Positions 28,909 through 40,200 of a stretch of DNA of 64,000 bases are shown piece by piece; the first letter of the stretch is position 1, and the number at the start of each line of letters is the position of its first letter. Origin of the DNA: Longimicrobiales bacterium. Its GTDB lineage: Bacteria > Gemmatimonadota > Gemmatimonadetes > Longimicrobiales > Gaopeijiaceae. A model generated the notes under the pieces. That model searched no databases. It was given only the letters and a program-made list of their open reading frames with translations, and was not told the DNA's origin. Location of the stretch: NCBI GenBank assembly GCA_041690395.1, contig JAWLHJ010000003.1:512001-576000 (forward strand), read 5' to 3'. Made by a program: the position numbers and the translations under genes.

Positions 28909-31908
28909 GCGGGACCCGGCGGAGCCGGGCGGTGGGGTTCCACCTGCCCCGGCGCGCAACTCGTCGTACAGGGCGACCGTGGCCCGGTCGGGCTCGACGC
29001 CCAGCTCGTCCCGGAGGAGGACGCGGAGGGTCTCGTAGAGACGGAGTGCCTCGGTGCGGGCGCCGGTCCGCGCCATGCAGACCATGAGCTGCCGGCCCGC
29101 CTCCTCGTGCAGTCGGTCCGACGCCAGAACGGTCCGGAACGCCTCCGCGGCCGGCGCGAACCGCTCCCGCGAGACCTCGAAGAGCCCCAGCGCCATGAGC
29201 GCGTCGTGGCGGCATCTTCTCAGCCGCTCACGAAGCTCGAGGTGCCAGTCCCCGGCCGTCTCCCCCTCCAGGAAGTCCCCCCGGTAGAGGGCCAGGGCCG
29301 CCCGGAGGCGCTCCGCGGCATCGGACCGGTCCAGGGGGCGGCGGAGGATCGCTTCGATGCCCCGCTCGAACCGTTCCACGTCGAAGTCGACGGTGAGACT
29401 CGAATCCAGGCGGTAACGGTCGCCAGCCACCACGATCCAATCGGGACGGCCCAGGGCCTTTCGCAGACGATGCAGCGTCACGTGGAAGCTGTTCTTCACC
29501 TGCGACGCCGACGCGTCCGGCCAGAACGCCAGCCCGACCTGCTCGCGGGTGCGACCGTCCGCATGGCACAGGAGGAGCAGCAGGAGCTCGCGAGGCTTAC
29601 CGGACACGAAGGCCTCGCCCGGCAGGGGGCGCTCACCCACCAGGATCTCCAGTGGGCCGAGGGCCCGAACCCGAAGATCCGCCTCGTCGGACGGGCCGAA
29701 CCCCATAGGATCCGGAACGACCTCACCGGCGGCGTCCTGGTCGGCCTCCTTGTCCGGGCCCCCGACGACCGGGGTCGCGGGATCGACCGGCGAGCGCACG
29801 ACCGTCGACAGGATCGCTTGAACGGACGTGGCGGACCCCTCCGCCCGGGCACCCTCGAACGTCCCGGCGCCGAGGCCGTCTCGGAGGTCGTCCACCAGGC
29901 GCTGGCGCTCCGCCTGTTCGTGCGGGGCCGGCACGGCGCCGATGTCGGAGCGGATCCCGTCGGCCGCGCCCATGAGACGGGCCGCGAGCTCCCCCTGCCC
30001 CCGCATGGCCAGGAGCAGCGTCCCCACCTCGGCGGCCTGCAGGAGGCCCCACCGGTCTTCGTGGCGGAGCAGGAGCGGAATCGCTTCCGCGAGACACTCG
30101 CGAGCGCCGTCCGGGTCGCCCTGCAGCATGAGCGTCCGGGCCAGAGCGGTGAGCGGATGTCCGATGCTCGGATGGCTCCCGAAGCGCCGCGCCACGCCCA
30201 CCGAGGTCTGGTAGGCTGCCCGCGCCGTGTCGAGATCGCCGTGGGTCTGGGCAACCACCCCCCGCCAGTAGCTTCCGAACGCGTAAAGGAGCGCCCGCGG
30301 GAAATCGTCCGGAGGGAAGCGAGCGGGATCGCCGAGGGCGGCCTCCGCCTCGCCGAACAGCCGCCCCGAGGTGCCCGCGTCACCTCCCAGCCCCACGATC
30401 GTGGCGAGGCCCGACAGGGCGAAGGCCAGGTCCGTCGGCGCGCCCTCCGTCCGCAACAGCTCGACCGCCTCCTCCATGGGGCCCCGCACCGCTCCGTGAT
30501 CCCCCATCCAGAAGGCCAGGTACCCCAGGGCCGTCAGCGCACGTCCCCGAAGCCGCGGCGATGCGGAGCCGTCCGTGGCCAGGGCGGCTTCCAGCCGGCG
30601 ACGGGATTCCCCGAAATGACCGACGGCGAAGTGGAGCCAGTGGAGGGCCGCGCCGAACCGGAGCTCCAGCACGGCCCGCGCTTCCCCCTCCGCGCACCAC
30701 GCCATGGCCGCCCTGAGGTTCCCGTGCTCCCGCTCGAGGCGGTTCATCCAGGGCGTGCCGCGTGTGCCCCCCAGCACATGGGGCTCGGCCGTCTCGGCCA
30801 GATCGAGGAAGAAGCCGGCGTGGCGCCGTCGTAGCTCCTCGACGTCGTCACCCTCCAGGAGGCGTTCCTGGGCGTACTGACGCACGGTCTCGAGGAGCGC
30901 GTAGCGAGCCTCTCCCTGTTCCTCGCTCACCGCCACGAGTGACCGGTCGACGAGGCCCGAGAGCAGGTCCAGCACGTCCTCTGGACGGATGGGCTCGTAG
31001 GCCGTCACGGCTTCCGCCGCGTCCAGCGTGAAGCCGCCAGCGAAGACGGAGAGCCGCCGCATGAGGCATCGCTCTTCCGACGAGAGGAGCGTGTAACTCC
31101 AGTCGATGAGCGCGCGGAGCGTCCGGTGGCGCGGCAACACGACGTGAGAGCTGCTCGAGAGCAGATCGAGCATGGAGTCGAGGCGGCCGGCCAGCTGCTC
31201 CGGCGACAGCACGCGCAGGCGGGCGGCAGCGAGTTCCAGGGCCAGGGGAAGCCCGTCCAACATCCGGCAGATGCGGACCACGGCGGAGGCGTTCTCGGCG
31301 GTGAGCGTGAAGCCGGGCATCGCGTCCTGCGCACGCTCCACGAACAACCGCACCGAAGCCGCCTCGAGAGCCGCCGGGGTGTCTCCGGCCGGAACGTCCA
31401 GAGGCGGCACCGGCCAGACCTTCTCTCCGGCGATGCCCAACGCCTGGCGGCTGGTCACGACGACGTGCAACGCGGGACAGTCCCGTAGAAGCGCGTCCAC
31501 GAGCCGCGCACAGGCCTCGATCAGGTGCTCGCAGTTGTCCAACACCAGAAGGGGCGAACCCTCCCCCAGAACGTCCGCCAGGATCGCGAAGCTGGTGGCC
31601 CCCGCGTGCTCCCGGAGCCCCAGGCTGCAGGCCGCATGCTCGCCGACGAGCTCGGGCTCCCGGAGGGTCGTCAGGTCGATCCAGGCGACCGGGGTGTCGG
31701 GGCGACTTCCCACGGCTTCCGCCACCGCAGCGGCGAGACGGGTCTTTCCACTGCCTCCTGCCCCCACGAGGGAAATCAGGCGGCGACTCCGGAGGAGACG
31801 ACGGATCTCCGCGATCTCCCGGTCGCGACCGACCTGGGCGGTGAGGTAGGCAGGGACCCGGGCGGACGCGGGAAACGCGGTCGCTCGGGCACGCATGCGC
31901 GAGGGCAT
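28903..31908 (-). CDS. STAND/NB-ARC-like ATPase-TPR regulator with C-terminal SARP (wHTH + BTAD) module
   Basis: GAGGSGKT, LLVLDNCEH, LDGLPLALELAAAR. C-terminal LRVRALGPLE..FWPD..LHRLRKALG..ALALYRGDFL..ELGVEPD. Confidence 0.9.
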   Translation of the reverse strand: MPSRMRARATAFPASARVPAYLTAQVGRDREIAEIRRLLRSRRLISLVGAGGSGKTRLAAAVAEAVGSRPDTPVAWIDLTTLREPELVGEHAACSLGLREHAGATSFAILADVLGEGSPLLVLDNCEHLIEACARLVDALLRDCPALHVVVTSRQALGIAGEKVWPVPPLDVPAGDTPAALEAASVRLFVERAQDAMPGFTLTAENASAVVRICRMLDGLPLALELAAARLRVLSPEQLAGRLDSMLDLLSSSSHVVLPRHRTLRALIDWSYTLLSSEERCLMRRLSVFAGGFTLDAAEAVTAYEPIRPEDVLDLLSGLVDRSLVAVSEEQGEARYALLETVRQYAQERLLEGDDVEELRRRHAGFFLDLAETAEPHVLGGTRGTPWMNRLEREHGNLRAAMAWCAEGEARAVLELRFGAALHWLHFAVGHFGESRRRLEAALATDGSASPRLRGRALTALGYLAFWMGDHGAVRGPMEEAVELLRTEGAPTDLAFALSGLATIVGLGGDAGTSGRLFGEAEAALGDPARFPPDDFPRALLYAFGSYWRGVVAQTHGDLDTARAAYQTSVGVARRFGSHPSIGHPLTALARTLMLQGDPDGARECLAEAIPLLLRHEDRWGLLQAAEVGTLLLAMRGQGELAARLMGAADGIRSDIGAVPAPHEQAERQRLVDDLRDGLGAGTFEGARAEGSATSVQAILSTVVRSPVDPATPVVGGPDKEADQDAAGEVVPDPMGFGPSDEADLRVRALGPLEILVGERPLPGEAFVSGKPRELLLLLLCHADGRTREQVGLAFWPDASASQVKNSFHVTLHRLRKALGRPDWIVVAGDRYRLDSSLTVDFDVERFERGIEAILRRPLDRSDAAERLRAALALYRGDFLEGETAGDWHLELRERLRRCRHDALMALGLFEVSRERFAPAAEAFRTVLASDRLHEEAGRQLMVCMARTGARTEALRLYETLRVLLRDELGVEPDRATVALYDELRAGAGGTPPPGSAGSRR

Positions 31909-32013
31909 CGGCAGTGCCGGGTGAGCTGTGGATAGCCGGTGGCCGGGCGCTCCTCACGGCGTTCGGTCCCGTGCTTCTACTTGACGCGTCGCGGGCGGCG
32001 GCGTCAAGTCCGC

Positions 32014-32033
32014 TCGGCACCGACCTTGCACTT
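32014..32033 (+). promoter_or_regulatory. Sigma54-like -24/-12 promoter
   Basis: TCGGCACCGACCTTGCACTT, preceded by the inverted repeat ACTTGACGC..GCGTCAAGT (31979-32009). Confidence 0.55.
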
Positions 32034-32087
32034 CAACGGATCCGGGGTACCCTAGAAAGGTTGTCCCACTCTCCACACGGCCCGTCC

Positions 32088-32957
32088 ATGCGCAGCCTCA
32101 CCGTTCTCGCCCTCACCCTCCTCGCCGCTTCCCCGGTCGTGGCTCAGCGCTCCGGTACGCCGGTGCGGGCGGCTCCTGCTCAGGAGCGGCCGGCGCAGAC
32201 GTCGCAAGCCGCGGCCTGTGAGCTCACCGCGCCCTCGGGCCTCCGCCTCGCCTTTCAGGAGTGCGGCGCCTCCCGCGCGCTCGCGGGAGCAAGGGCGCGG
32301 GAGGTCGAGGTGGTGGAGTACCGGAACGGGGACGCCCAGATGAGCGCGCGCCTCCAACAGGGGGGCACCGTCCACCGGGACGTCGCCGTGCGGTCCGTGG
32401 GCGTGGGCGATCCGGACGACGACGGTGACGGTGTCCCCACGATGGCCACCGCCCGCAGGCCGGGCCGCGTGAAGGTGGGGCGCGTCACCCTGCGGGCCGC
32501 GACGCCGTCCGGAATCGGGGCTCTGGCCGAGATGTGGAAGGTTGGTGACGTGGACGGGGACGGGTTTCCCGTGAGTGTCATCCTCCAGGACGCCGCCGGA
32601 AGCGAGGGCCAGGTCGATCTCGGGGGGTGCACCCCGGTCGAGATGGTGTCGTCCGATGGCTCCTCCACGACCGTCGACCTCACCCTCCGCTGTCGCACCG
32701 CCGAGATGGTCAGGGCGTTGGACGCGAATCCCTACGCGCGTTTCATCTCCGACGCCCAGGGAGCCGCGGCGCGGGGAGAGACGCTCGTGGAAGAGCGCCC
32801 GGAGCAGCTCCGAGGGCGGGCCGGCTCCAGTGACCGGATCCAGCTAGAGGGCGCCACGCTGGAGGGCTGGTCCCTGGAGTGGACCGGCGACGGGGCCCGG
32901 CGGGACCGGGCGGAGTGGACGCTGGAGGTCCGGGTCGACCGCATCGAAATGGCTTAG
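32088..32957 (+). CDS. Secreted protein with degenerate T4 gp19/eCIS tail-tube-like motifs
   Basis: Sec signal MRSLTVLALTLLAASPVVA. AFQECG..EVEVVEYRNGD, RRPGRVKVGRVTLR, VSVILQDAAGSE, TLEVRVDRIEMA. Confidence 0.55.
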   Translation: MRSLTVLALTLLAASPVVAQRSGTPVRAAPAQERPAQTSQAAACELTAPSGLRLAFQECGASRALAGARAREVEVVEYRNGDAQMSARLQQGGTVHRDVAVRSVGVGDPDDDGDGVPTMATARRPGRVKVGRVTLRAATPSGIGALAEMWKVGDVDGDGFPVSVILQDAAGSEGQVDLGGCTPVEMVSSDGSSTTVDLTLRCRTAEMVRALDANPYARFISDAQGAAARGETLVEERPEQLRGRAGSSDRIQLEGATLEGWSLEWTGDGARRDRAEWTLEVRVDRIEMA

Positions 32958-32990
32958 CGTGCATACTCCCTACCCTGACCCGGTGCTCCC

Positions 32991-34076
32991 GTGAACAAGC
33001 GGATCACATCTCAATTCATCGGCACCGGCAGCGTCGTCCCCGAGCGCCGTGTGACGAACGCGCAGTTCCTGGATCGCAGCTTCTTCCTCCCGGATGGCGC
33101 CCCTTTGGATCCCGCGGACAACGCGCGCCTGATCGCGAAGTTCCTCGAGATCACCGGGATCGCCGAGCGCCGTTGGGCGCCGGACGACGTCTCGGCGTCG
33201 GACCTGGGAGCGGTGGCCTCGAAGTCGGCCGTGGCCGATGCGGACATCGACCCCGAAACCCTGGACTACGTCATCGTGGCCCACAACTTCGGCGACGTGT
33301 GCCCGCGGACCGGCCAGATCGACACGGTTCCGACGCTGGCGGCGAGGGTCAAGCAGAGGCTCGGCATCCAGAACCCTTCCTGCGTCGCGTACGACCTACC
33401 GTTCGGCTGCCCGGGATGGGTGCAGGGCGTCATTCAGGCCAATAGCTTCCTGCGCGCCGGTCAGGGTCGGCGCGCGCTCGTGGTGGGAACGGAGACGCTG
33501 TCCCGCGTCATCGACCCGCACGACCGCGACAGTATGCTCTACGCCGACGGCGCCGGCGCGGTGGTCCTGGAGGCGGTGGAGACCGAGGCCCCGGTCGGGA
33601 TTCTCGGGCACCGCTCGCGTTCGGACGCCGTCGAGCACGCCGGGCTGTTGCGGATGGGCCCCTCCTACCGTCCGGACGCCCCGGCGGACCGCCTCTACCT
33701 CAAGATGGACGGTCGCAAGGTCTACGAGTACGGGGTCCAGACGGTCCCGGGCGTGGTCTCCGAGATGCTCGAGCAAGCCGGCGTCACACTGCACGACGTG
33801 GATATGCTTCTGGCGCATCAGGCCAACGCCAAGATGAATCAGGCCATCCTCAAGCGCCTCCTGCGGACGGCCGGCATAGAGTGCGCGCCGGCCAGCATGA
33901 TGCCGATGACGATCGCTTTGCTGGGCAACAGCTCCGTCGCCACGGTTCCCACCGTGTTCGATCTCGTTCGGCGCGGTGAGATGGAGGGCCACTCCATCGA
34001 CGCCGGCGACGTGCTCGTCTTCGCGTCCGTCGGGGCGGGCATGAACGTCAACGCACTGGTGTACCGCTGCCCCTGA
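32991..34076 (+). CDS. fabH: 3-oxoacyl-ACP synthase III family protein
   Basis: Cys-His-Asn triad in FGCPGW, AHQAN, LGNSS. DGAGAVVL, SVGAGMN. Confidence 0.88.
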   Translation: MNKRITSQFIGTGSVVPERRVTNAQFLDRSFFLPDGAPLDPADNARLIAKFLEITGIAERRWAPDDVSASDLGAVASKSAVADADIDPETLDYVIVAHNFGDVCPRTGQIDTVPTLAARVKQRLGIQNPSCVAYDLPFGCPGWVQGVIQANSFLRAGQGRRALVVGTETLSRVIDPHDRDSMLYADGAGAVVLEAVETEAPVGILGHRSRSDAVEHAGLLRMGPSYRPDAPADRLYLKMDGRKVYEYGVQTVPGVVSEMLEQAGVTLHDVDMLLAHQANAKMNQAILKRLLRTAGIECAPASMMPMTIALLGNSSVATVPTVFDLVRRGEMEGHSIDAGDVLVFASVGAGMNVNALVYRCP

Positions 34077-34091
34077 ATCCCGGCCCGGAGC

Positions 34092-34146
34092 TTGGCACGA
34101 GTCCTGCTTGGCCATCCTTGGTAGACTCGATGGCACGGGGGTGGCT
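34092..34146 (+). promoter_or_regulatory. Two tandem sigma54-like sites upstream of the cyclic glucan synthase
   Basis: TTGGCACGAGTCCTGCTT (34092) and TGGCACGGGGGTGGC (34131), both GG-N10-GC. Confidence 0.5.
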
Positions 34147-34255
34147 CGTGCGCGATGCCTCGCACAGGGGGTTTCAGTGGACGATGATGACTCAGCCGCG
34201 CCTGACGCTTACGTAGACTACGCCGACCCACCCGCACTCGCACGGGTGGTCTGAG

Positions 34256-37200
34256 GTGCACTCCCGGGGCCCGGACACCAGCCTGGAACTGCTCGGTATC
34301 GAGCCCCTGGAAAAGCACGCCCGCAGTCTGGCCGCGCTGCTCACCGTCGGCCGCCGCGGCAGGGTCCGTGGGAACCCACACCTCGACCGGCTCGACGATC
34401 ACATGCGCGTTCTGCGCACCGTGTACGTCGACCTGTCGGACGACGCACGGAACGGTGAGCCGTCGTCCCCGGCGGCCGAGTGGTTGCTCGACAACTTCCA
34501 CACGATCTCGGCCGCAGCGCGCGACATCCGGCACGATCTTCCGCGCGCGTTCTACCGCCGGCTCCCTTCCATCGCCGCGGACGAGTTCGCCGGGCTGCCG
34601 CGCATCTACGCGATGGCGCACGAGCTCATCGGACACAGCGCGGGCCGCCTCGACCCGCAACGGCTCCACCGCTTCATCAACGCGTTCCAGTCGGTCACAC
34701 CGCTCACCATAGGGGAGCTCTGGGCGTGGCCGAGCGCGTTGAAGCTGGCCCTGCTCGACTACCTGAGGACCCGCGCCGACGTCCTGGCGGCCGATCGGGC
34801 CTGCCGCTGCGAGGCCGACCGCATTGCCGCCTCTCCCGCCATCGCCGCCGATCGCCGTCGCTGGCCCGCGGAGCTGCCGCCGGCGTTCGTGATCCGGCTT
34901 CTGCGGCATACGAGGGAGCAAGGGCTCGCCGCGGGCGTCCTGCGCCAGGAGCTCGACGCGACGCTCGCGGCGAAGGGGCAGAGCCTCGAGGACGCGATCC
35001 GGTCGGAGGGTCGCCACGAAGCCACCGAGCAGGCGTTCATGTCCAGCCTCATCGGCAGCCTACGCCTGATTTCGACCTTCGATTGGACGGAGTTCTTCGA
35101 GAGCGTCAGCCTGGTCGAGCAGGTGCTCCAGCGTGATCCCGCCGGAGTCTACGGGCACATGGATTTCCGGAGCCGGAACCGATACCGGAACGCCGTCGAG
35201 GAGCTCGCCGAGCCGACCGGCGATTCCCAGTTGAGACTCGCGTTGAAGGGTGTGGAGCGGGCACGCCAGATGGCGGAACAGTCGCCCGAGGAGCGGGGGG
35301 CGCACGTCGGCCACTACCTCATCGGCAGGGGGCGGAGGGCATTCGAGAAGAGCATCGGCTGGCAGCCCGACTTCCTCTCCCGTATCCGTCGCCGGTTCTT
35401 CCAGTACGCGACGCCATCTTATCTGGGCACGATCGCGCTGGGCACCATCAGCCTCGTCGCGGTCGCGGTCGCGGTCGCGTACGCGAACGGCTGGCGGAGC
35501 GGCCTGCTGGTCGCCATCGCTCTGCTCGCCGTGGTGCCGGCCAGCGAGCTGACCATCCAGATCCTGCAGCGGGTCATCAGCAATCTGATTCCGCCCCGGA
35601 GGATCCCACGCCTCGACCTCACCACGGTGCCGGAAGACGACCGCACCATGGTCATCGTCCCCACGATGTTCGCGAGCGTGGAGGGCGTCGCGGAGCTCAT
35701 CGCGCACCTCGAAGTCCAGGCGCTCGGGAACGAGGACGAGCGAATCCACTTCGCGCTACTCAGCGACTTCCGTGACGCTCCGGCCGAGACGCTCGAGCGC
35801 GACACCAAGATCCTGGCAGCGGCGAAGGCCGGTATCGAGGCGCTCAACCGGAAGCACGCGACCGGTCGCTACGACCGATTCTTCCTCTTCCATCGGAAGC
35901 GCCTATGGAACGAGCAGGAAGGGCTCTGGATGGGGTGGGAGCGCAAGCGCGGCAAGATCGAGGAGTTCAACCGCCTCCTCCGAGGGGCCACGGATACGAG
36001 CTTCGAGCTCCACGTGGGCAATCTCGAGATCCTTCCGAAGGTCCGTTACTGCATCACCCTGGACAGCGACACGCGCCTTCCGCGAGACGCCGCGAAGGAG
36101 TTGATCGGCATCATCTCGCATCCGCTCAATCGCCCGGAGTTCGATGCCGAGGTGGGCCGCGTCACGGATGGATACGGGATCCTGCAGCCCCGTGTCAGCG
36201 TGACCTACGCCAGCGCCGCGGGATCGCTGTTCGCCCGACTCTATGCAGGCCACACGGGCGTCGATCCCTACACGACCGCGGTATCCGATACGTACCAGGA
36301 CCTGTTCAACGAGGGGATCTTCACGGGCAAGGGACTCTACCACGTCGACGCCTTCATGGCATCGCTCGAAGACACGGTCCCCGAGAACGCGCTGCTCTCC
36401 CACGACCTGTTCGAGGGTCTTCACGCGCGTGTCGCGCTGGTGTCGGATGTCGAGTTCGTCGACGAGTACCCGTCGAGCGTCCTGGCGCACGCCAGTCGTC
36501 AGCATCGGTGGACGCGCGGCGACTGGCAGATCCTGGCATGGCTCCTTCCGTTCGTGCCGTCGCGCCGGGGGCTGAAGCGCAATCCCCTTCCCCTCATGGG
36601 GCGTTGGAAGATTCTGGACAATCTTCGCCGCAGCCTCGTGACGCCCACGCTCCTCGCCCTCCTCCTTGCCGCGTGGACGGTGCTGCCCGCCCCCCGCTGG
36701 TACTGGATGACCGCCGTCATCACGGTGATCGCTTCACAGCTCCTGCCCATCCTGGGCCGGCTGCTCGTGGGACCGCGGCGATCACAGTCGTTCCCGGTGT
36801 TCTGGCGAAACCTGCGCAAGGACGCCGCCACCGCGATGGCGCAGGTCCTCCTTGGAGTGACGTTCCTCGTCTACAATGCGTGGAAGACCCTGCACGCGAT
36901 CGGCGTCACCCTCCTCCGGCTGGCGGTGACCCGACGGCGACTGCTCGAATGGGAAACGTCCGCGGCGAGCGAAGCGCGCTCGGCGGTCCTCACGGGGCGC
37001 GCGGGGTTGTGGCGCGCGGTCGTGCAAATGAAGGTCAGCCCTCTGACTGCGGTCGGGGTGGGCCTGCTCGTGACCTTCGTGCAGCCGACCGCCCTCCCGT
37101 CCGCAGCTCCGTTCCTGCTGCTGTGGCTACTCGCCCCCCTCGTGGCGTATTGGCTGAGCATCCCGGTGGGACCACGACAGCGCCCTCTCACCGCGAGCGA

Positions 37201-40200
37201 ACGCGCGGTGCTGCGGCGCACCGCCAGGACCACGTGGCGGTACTTCGAGACCTTCGTCACGGCCGAGAGCGGCTGGCTTCCTCCGGACAACTATCAGGAA
37301 GCCAGGTCCGCGACCTCCACGGAGCCTCAGCTCGCGACCCGGACGTCGCCGACCAACATCGCGATGGGGCTTCTCTCGACTCTGGCCGCGCACGATCTCG
37401 GATACATCTCCACCGAATGCCTCATCGGAGCCCTCGACCGCACACTCACCTCCCTCGAGGGGCTGGAGCGCCATCGGGGCCACTTCCTGAACTGGTACAA
37501 CACGAGAACCAGGGAGCCCCTCGCGCCACGCTACGTATCGACGGTCGACAGCGGGAATCTGGCCGGAGCTCTGATGACCATGGCCCAGGGCGTGCTTCAG
37601 CTCCAGCACCAACCGCAGACCGAAGCGCAACGCCTCGAGGGCGTGCTGGACACCGCGGAGGTGCTGCGGGTCCTGGCGGCCCGGGAGCGGGCAGCCAAGG
37701 CGTCCCTGTTGGCACGGGAGGCAGTCTCCGCCGCCAAGGTGGGCCTGAGCACCGGCTCGCTCGATGAGTTGGCCACGATCAGACGCCGGCTGTCCACCGA
37801 GATCGATGTCGATCGCACGAGCGATGTCGCCTTCTGGGCCGGCGCCCTGGTGGGAGCCATCGACGGCGTGAGAAGGCCGGAGGCCGACACAGCGGAGCAT
37901 GCCTTGATGCTCGCGTCGCTGTCCGCGCGTATGTCACGGATGGCCAGCCAGATGCAGTTCGGATTCCTGTACGACCGGCGGCGGCGTCTCTTCACGATCG
38001 GCTACCGGCTCCCCGACGCGAACGGTCCGGGCGGACCGGACGGCGCGTATTACGACATGCTGGCCTCGGAGGCACGCCTCGCCAGCTTCGTGGCGATCGC
38101 CAAGGGAGACGTACCGCAGCACCACTGGTTCCACCTGGGTCGCATGGTGACCAGCATCGGCGGTCGGGCCTCTCTGATGTCGTGGGGGGGCACCATGTTC
38201 GAGTACCTGATGCCGCTGCTCGTGATGCGCAGCTTCCCCGGGACCCTTCTCGACCAGAGCTGCCGCGCGAGCACCGTGCGCCAGATGGACTATGGGCGCC
38301 GCAGGAAAGTCCCCTGGGGGATCTCGGAGTCGGCCTATCCGTTGACCGATCGTGCCGGTACCTACCAGTACAAGGCGTTCGGCGTCCCCGGCCTCGGCCT
38401 CTCCCGTGGGCTCGACGAAGACCTGGTCGTGGCACCGTACGCGACGGCGCTGGCGAGCCTCGTGGATCCGGGCGCCGCGGCGGACAACCTCGAGCACCTC
38501 ACGCGCGAAGGAGGCGAGGGACGATTCGGGTACTACGAGTCGATCGAGTACCGCAGCTCCCGACCCACCGGGACCGACAGCAAGGAGGTGGTGAGAGCGT
38601 ACTTCAGCCATCACCAGGGCATGTCCATGGTCGCGCTCGCCAATGTCCTGGGGGACGACGTGTTCGTGGGCCGCTTCCACATGGACCCACGGGTTCAGGC
38701 GACCGAGCTGCTCCTTCAGGAGCGCGTGCCGCGCGAGGCGATCGTCTCCGAGCCGCGACCGGCCCAGGGCGCGACGGTGACGCCATCCGCCCCGGCACTG
38801 GCATCGCGACGCTTCCGGTCCCCGCACACGGCAAGCCCGCACACGCATTTCTTCTCCAACGGACGGTACACCACGGCGGTGACGCACGCCGGCGGAGGTC
38901 ACAGCATGTGGCGCGACCTGTCGGTCACCCGGTGTCGCGAAGACCGAACATCCGACGCGGGCGCGCACTTCATCTATCTGCGTGATCCGTGGTCCGGCGA
39001 GGTCTGGTCGCCGACCTACTTGCCCTCTCGCCGGGACCCGGACGAGTACGAGGTCACCTTCGAGCTCGACAAGGCGACGTTCCGTCGTCGAGACGGGGAC
39101 TTCGAGACCCGGCTCGAGATCGCGGTCTCCCCCGAGGACGACGTGGAGGTCCGCCGTCTGACGATCGCGAACCACGGCGACGTTGCCCGCGAGATCGAAG
39201 TGACGAGCTACGCGGAGATCGTGCTCGGACGCCCCGAGGACGATGCGGCCCACCCGGCGTTCGGCAAGCTGTTCATCGAGACGGAGTACGATGCGCAGAA
39301 CGCGGGGCTGCTCTTCAGCCGCCGCCCCCGCGGCCACGACGAGACATCGGTCTGGGCGTTCCACGTCCTCGGCGTGGAGAACCGTGCCGGAGGTGCGGTG
39401 GAGTGGGAGACGGATCGGGCCCAATTCCTCGGCCGCGGGCATTCCACCTACGATCCGGTCGCGCTCGACGGTCGTCCGTTGTCCGGCACCACGGGGGCGG
39501 TGCTCGATCCCGTGGCTGCCCTACGCGACCGGATCCGTCTCCAGCCAGGAGCATTCGCCAGCGTGACGTTCGCGACAGGAGTCGCGCCGGACCGGGATAC
39601 GGCTCGGGCGTTGGTGGCCAAGTACCGCGACGGGAGCGCAGCGGCACGAGCATTCTCGATGGCGTTCACCCATGCACGGGTCACGCTCGAGCACCTGGGT
39701 CTCACGGACGACCACGCCATGCTCTTCTCGCGGGTGGCCTCCCGTGTCTTCGGCACAGACGCCTCGTGCATCAGCGCCGACGATCTGGAGCGGAACACGC
39801 TCGCACAGTCGCACCTATGGGGCCACGGCATCTCGGGCGACCTGCCGATCGTGCTGGTGTGCATCTCCGAGATGAGGGAGCTGTCGCTGGTGCGGCAAGT
39901 CCTCCTTGCGCAGGAGTACTGGCGGGTGAAGAACCTCCGCGCCGACGTGGTCATCATCAACGACCACGCGGCCGACTACGCGGACGAAGTGCAGCGTCGG
40001 CTCTCGGACCTCGTGCAGGAGCCCCGCTGGGCGGGCTTTCGGGACGCACCGGGCGGCATCTTCCTGATGCGAGCCGAAGGGATGGCCGCATCGGACCGCC
40101 ATCTCCTGGCCGCGGTCGCGCGCGTGGTCCTGCGTGGGGCGTGGGGAGGCCTGTCGCCCCAGCTCCACCGCCCGGCGCCCTGGCTCTACGAGGAGCACGG

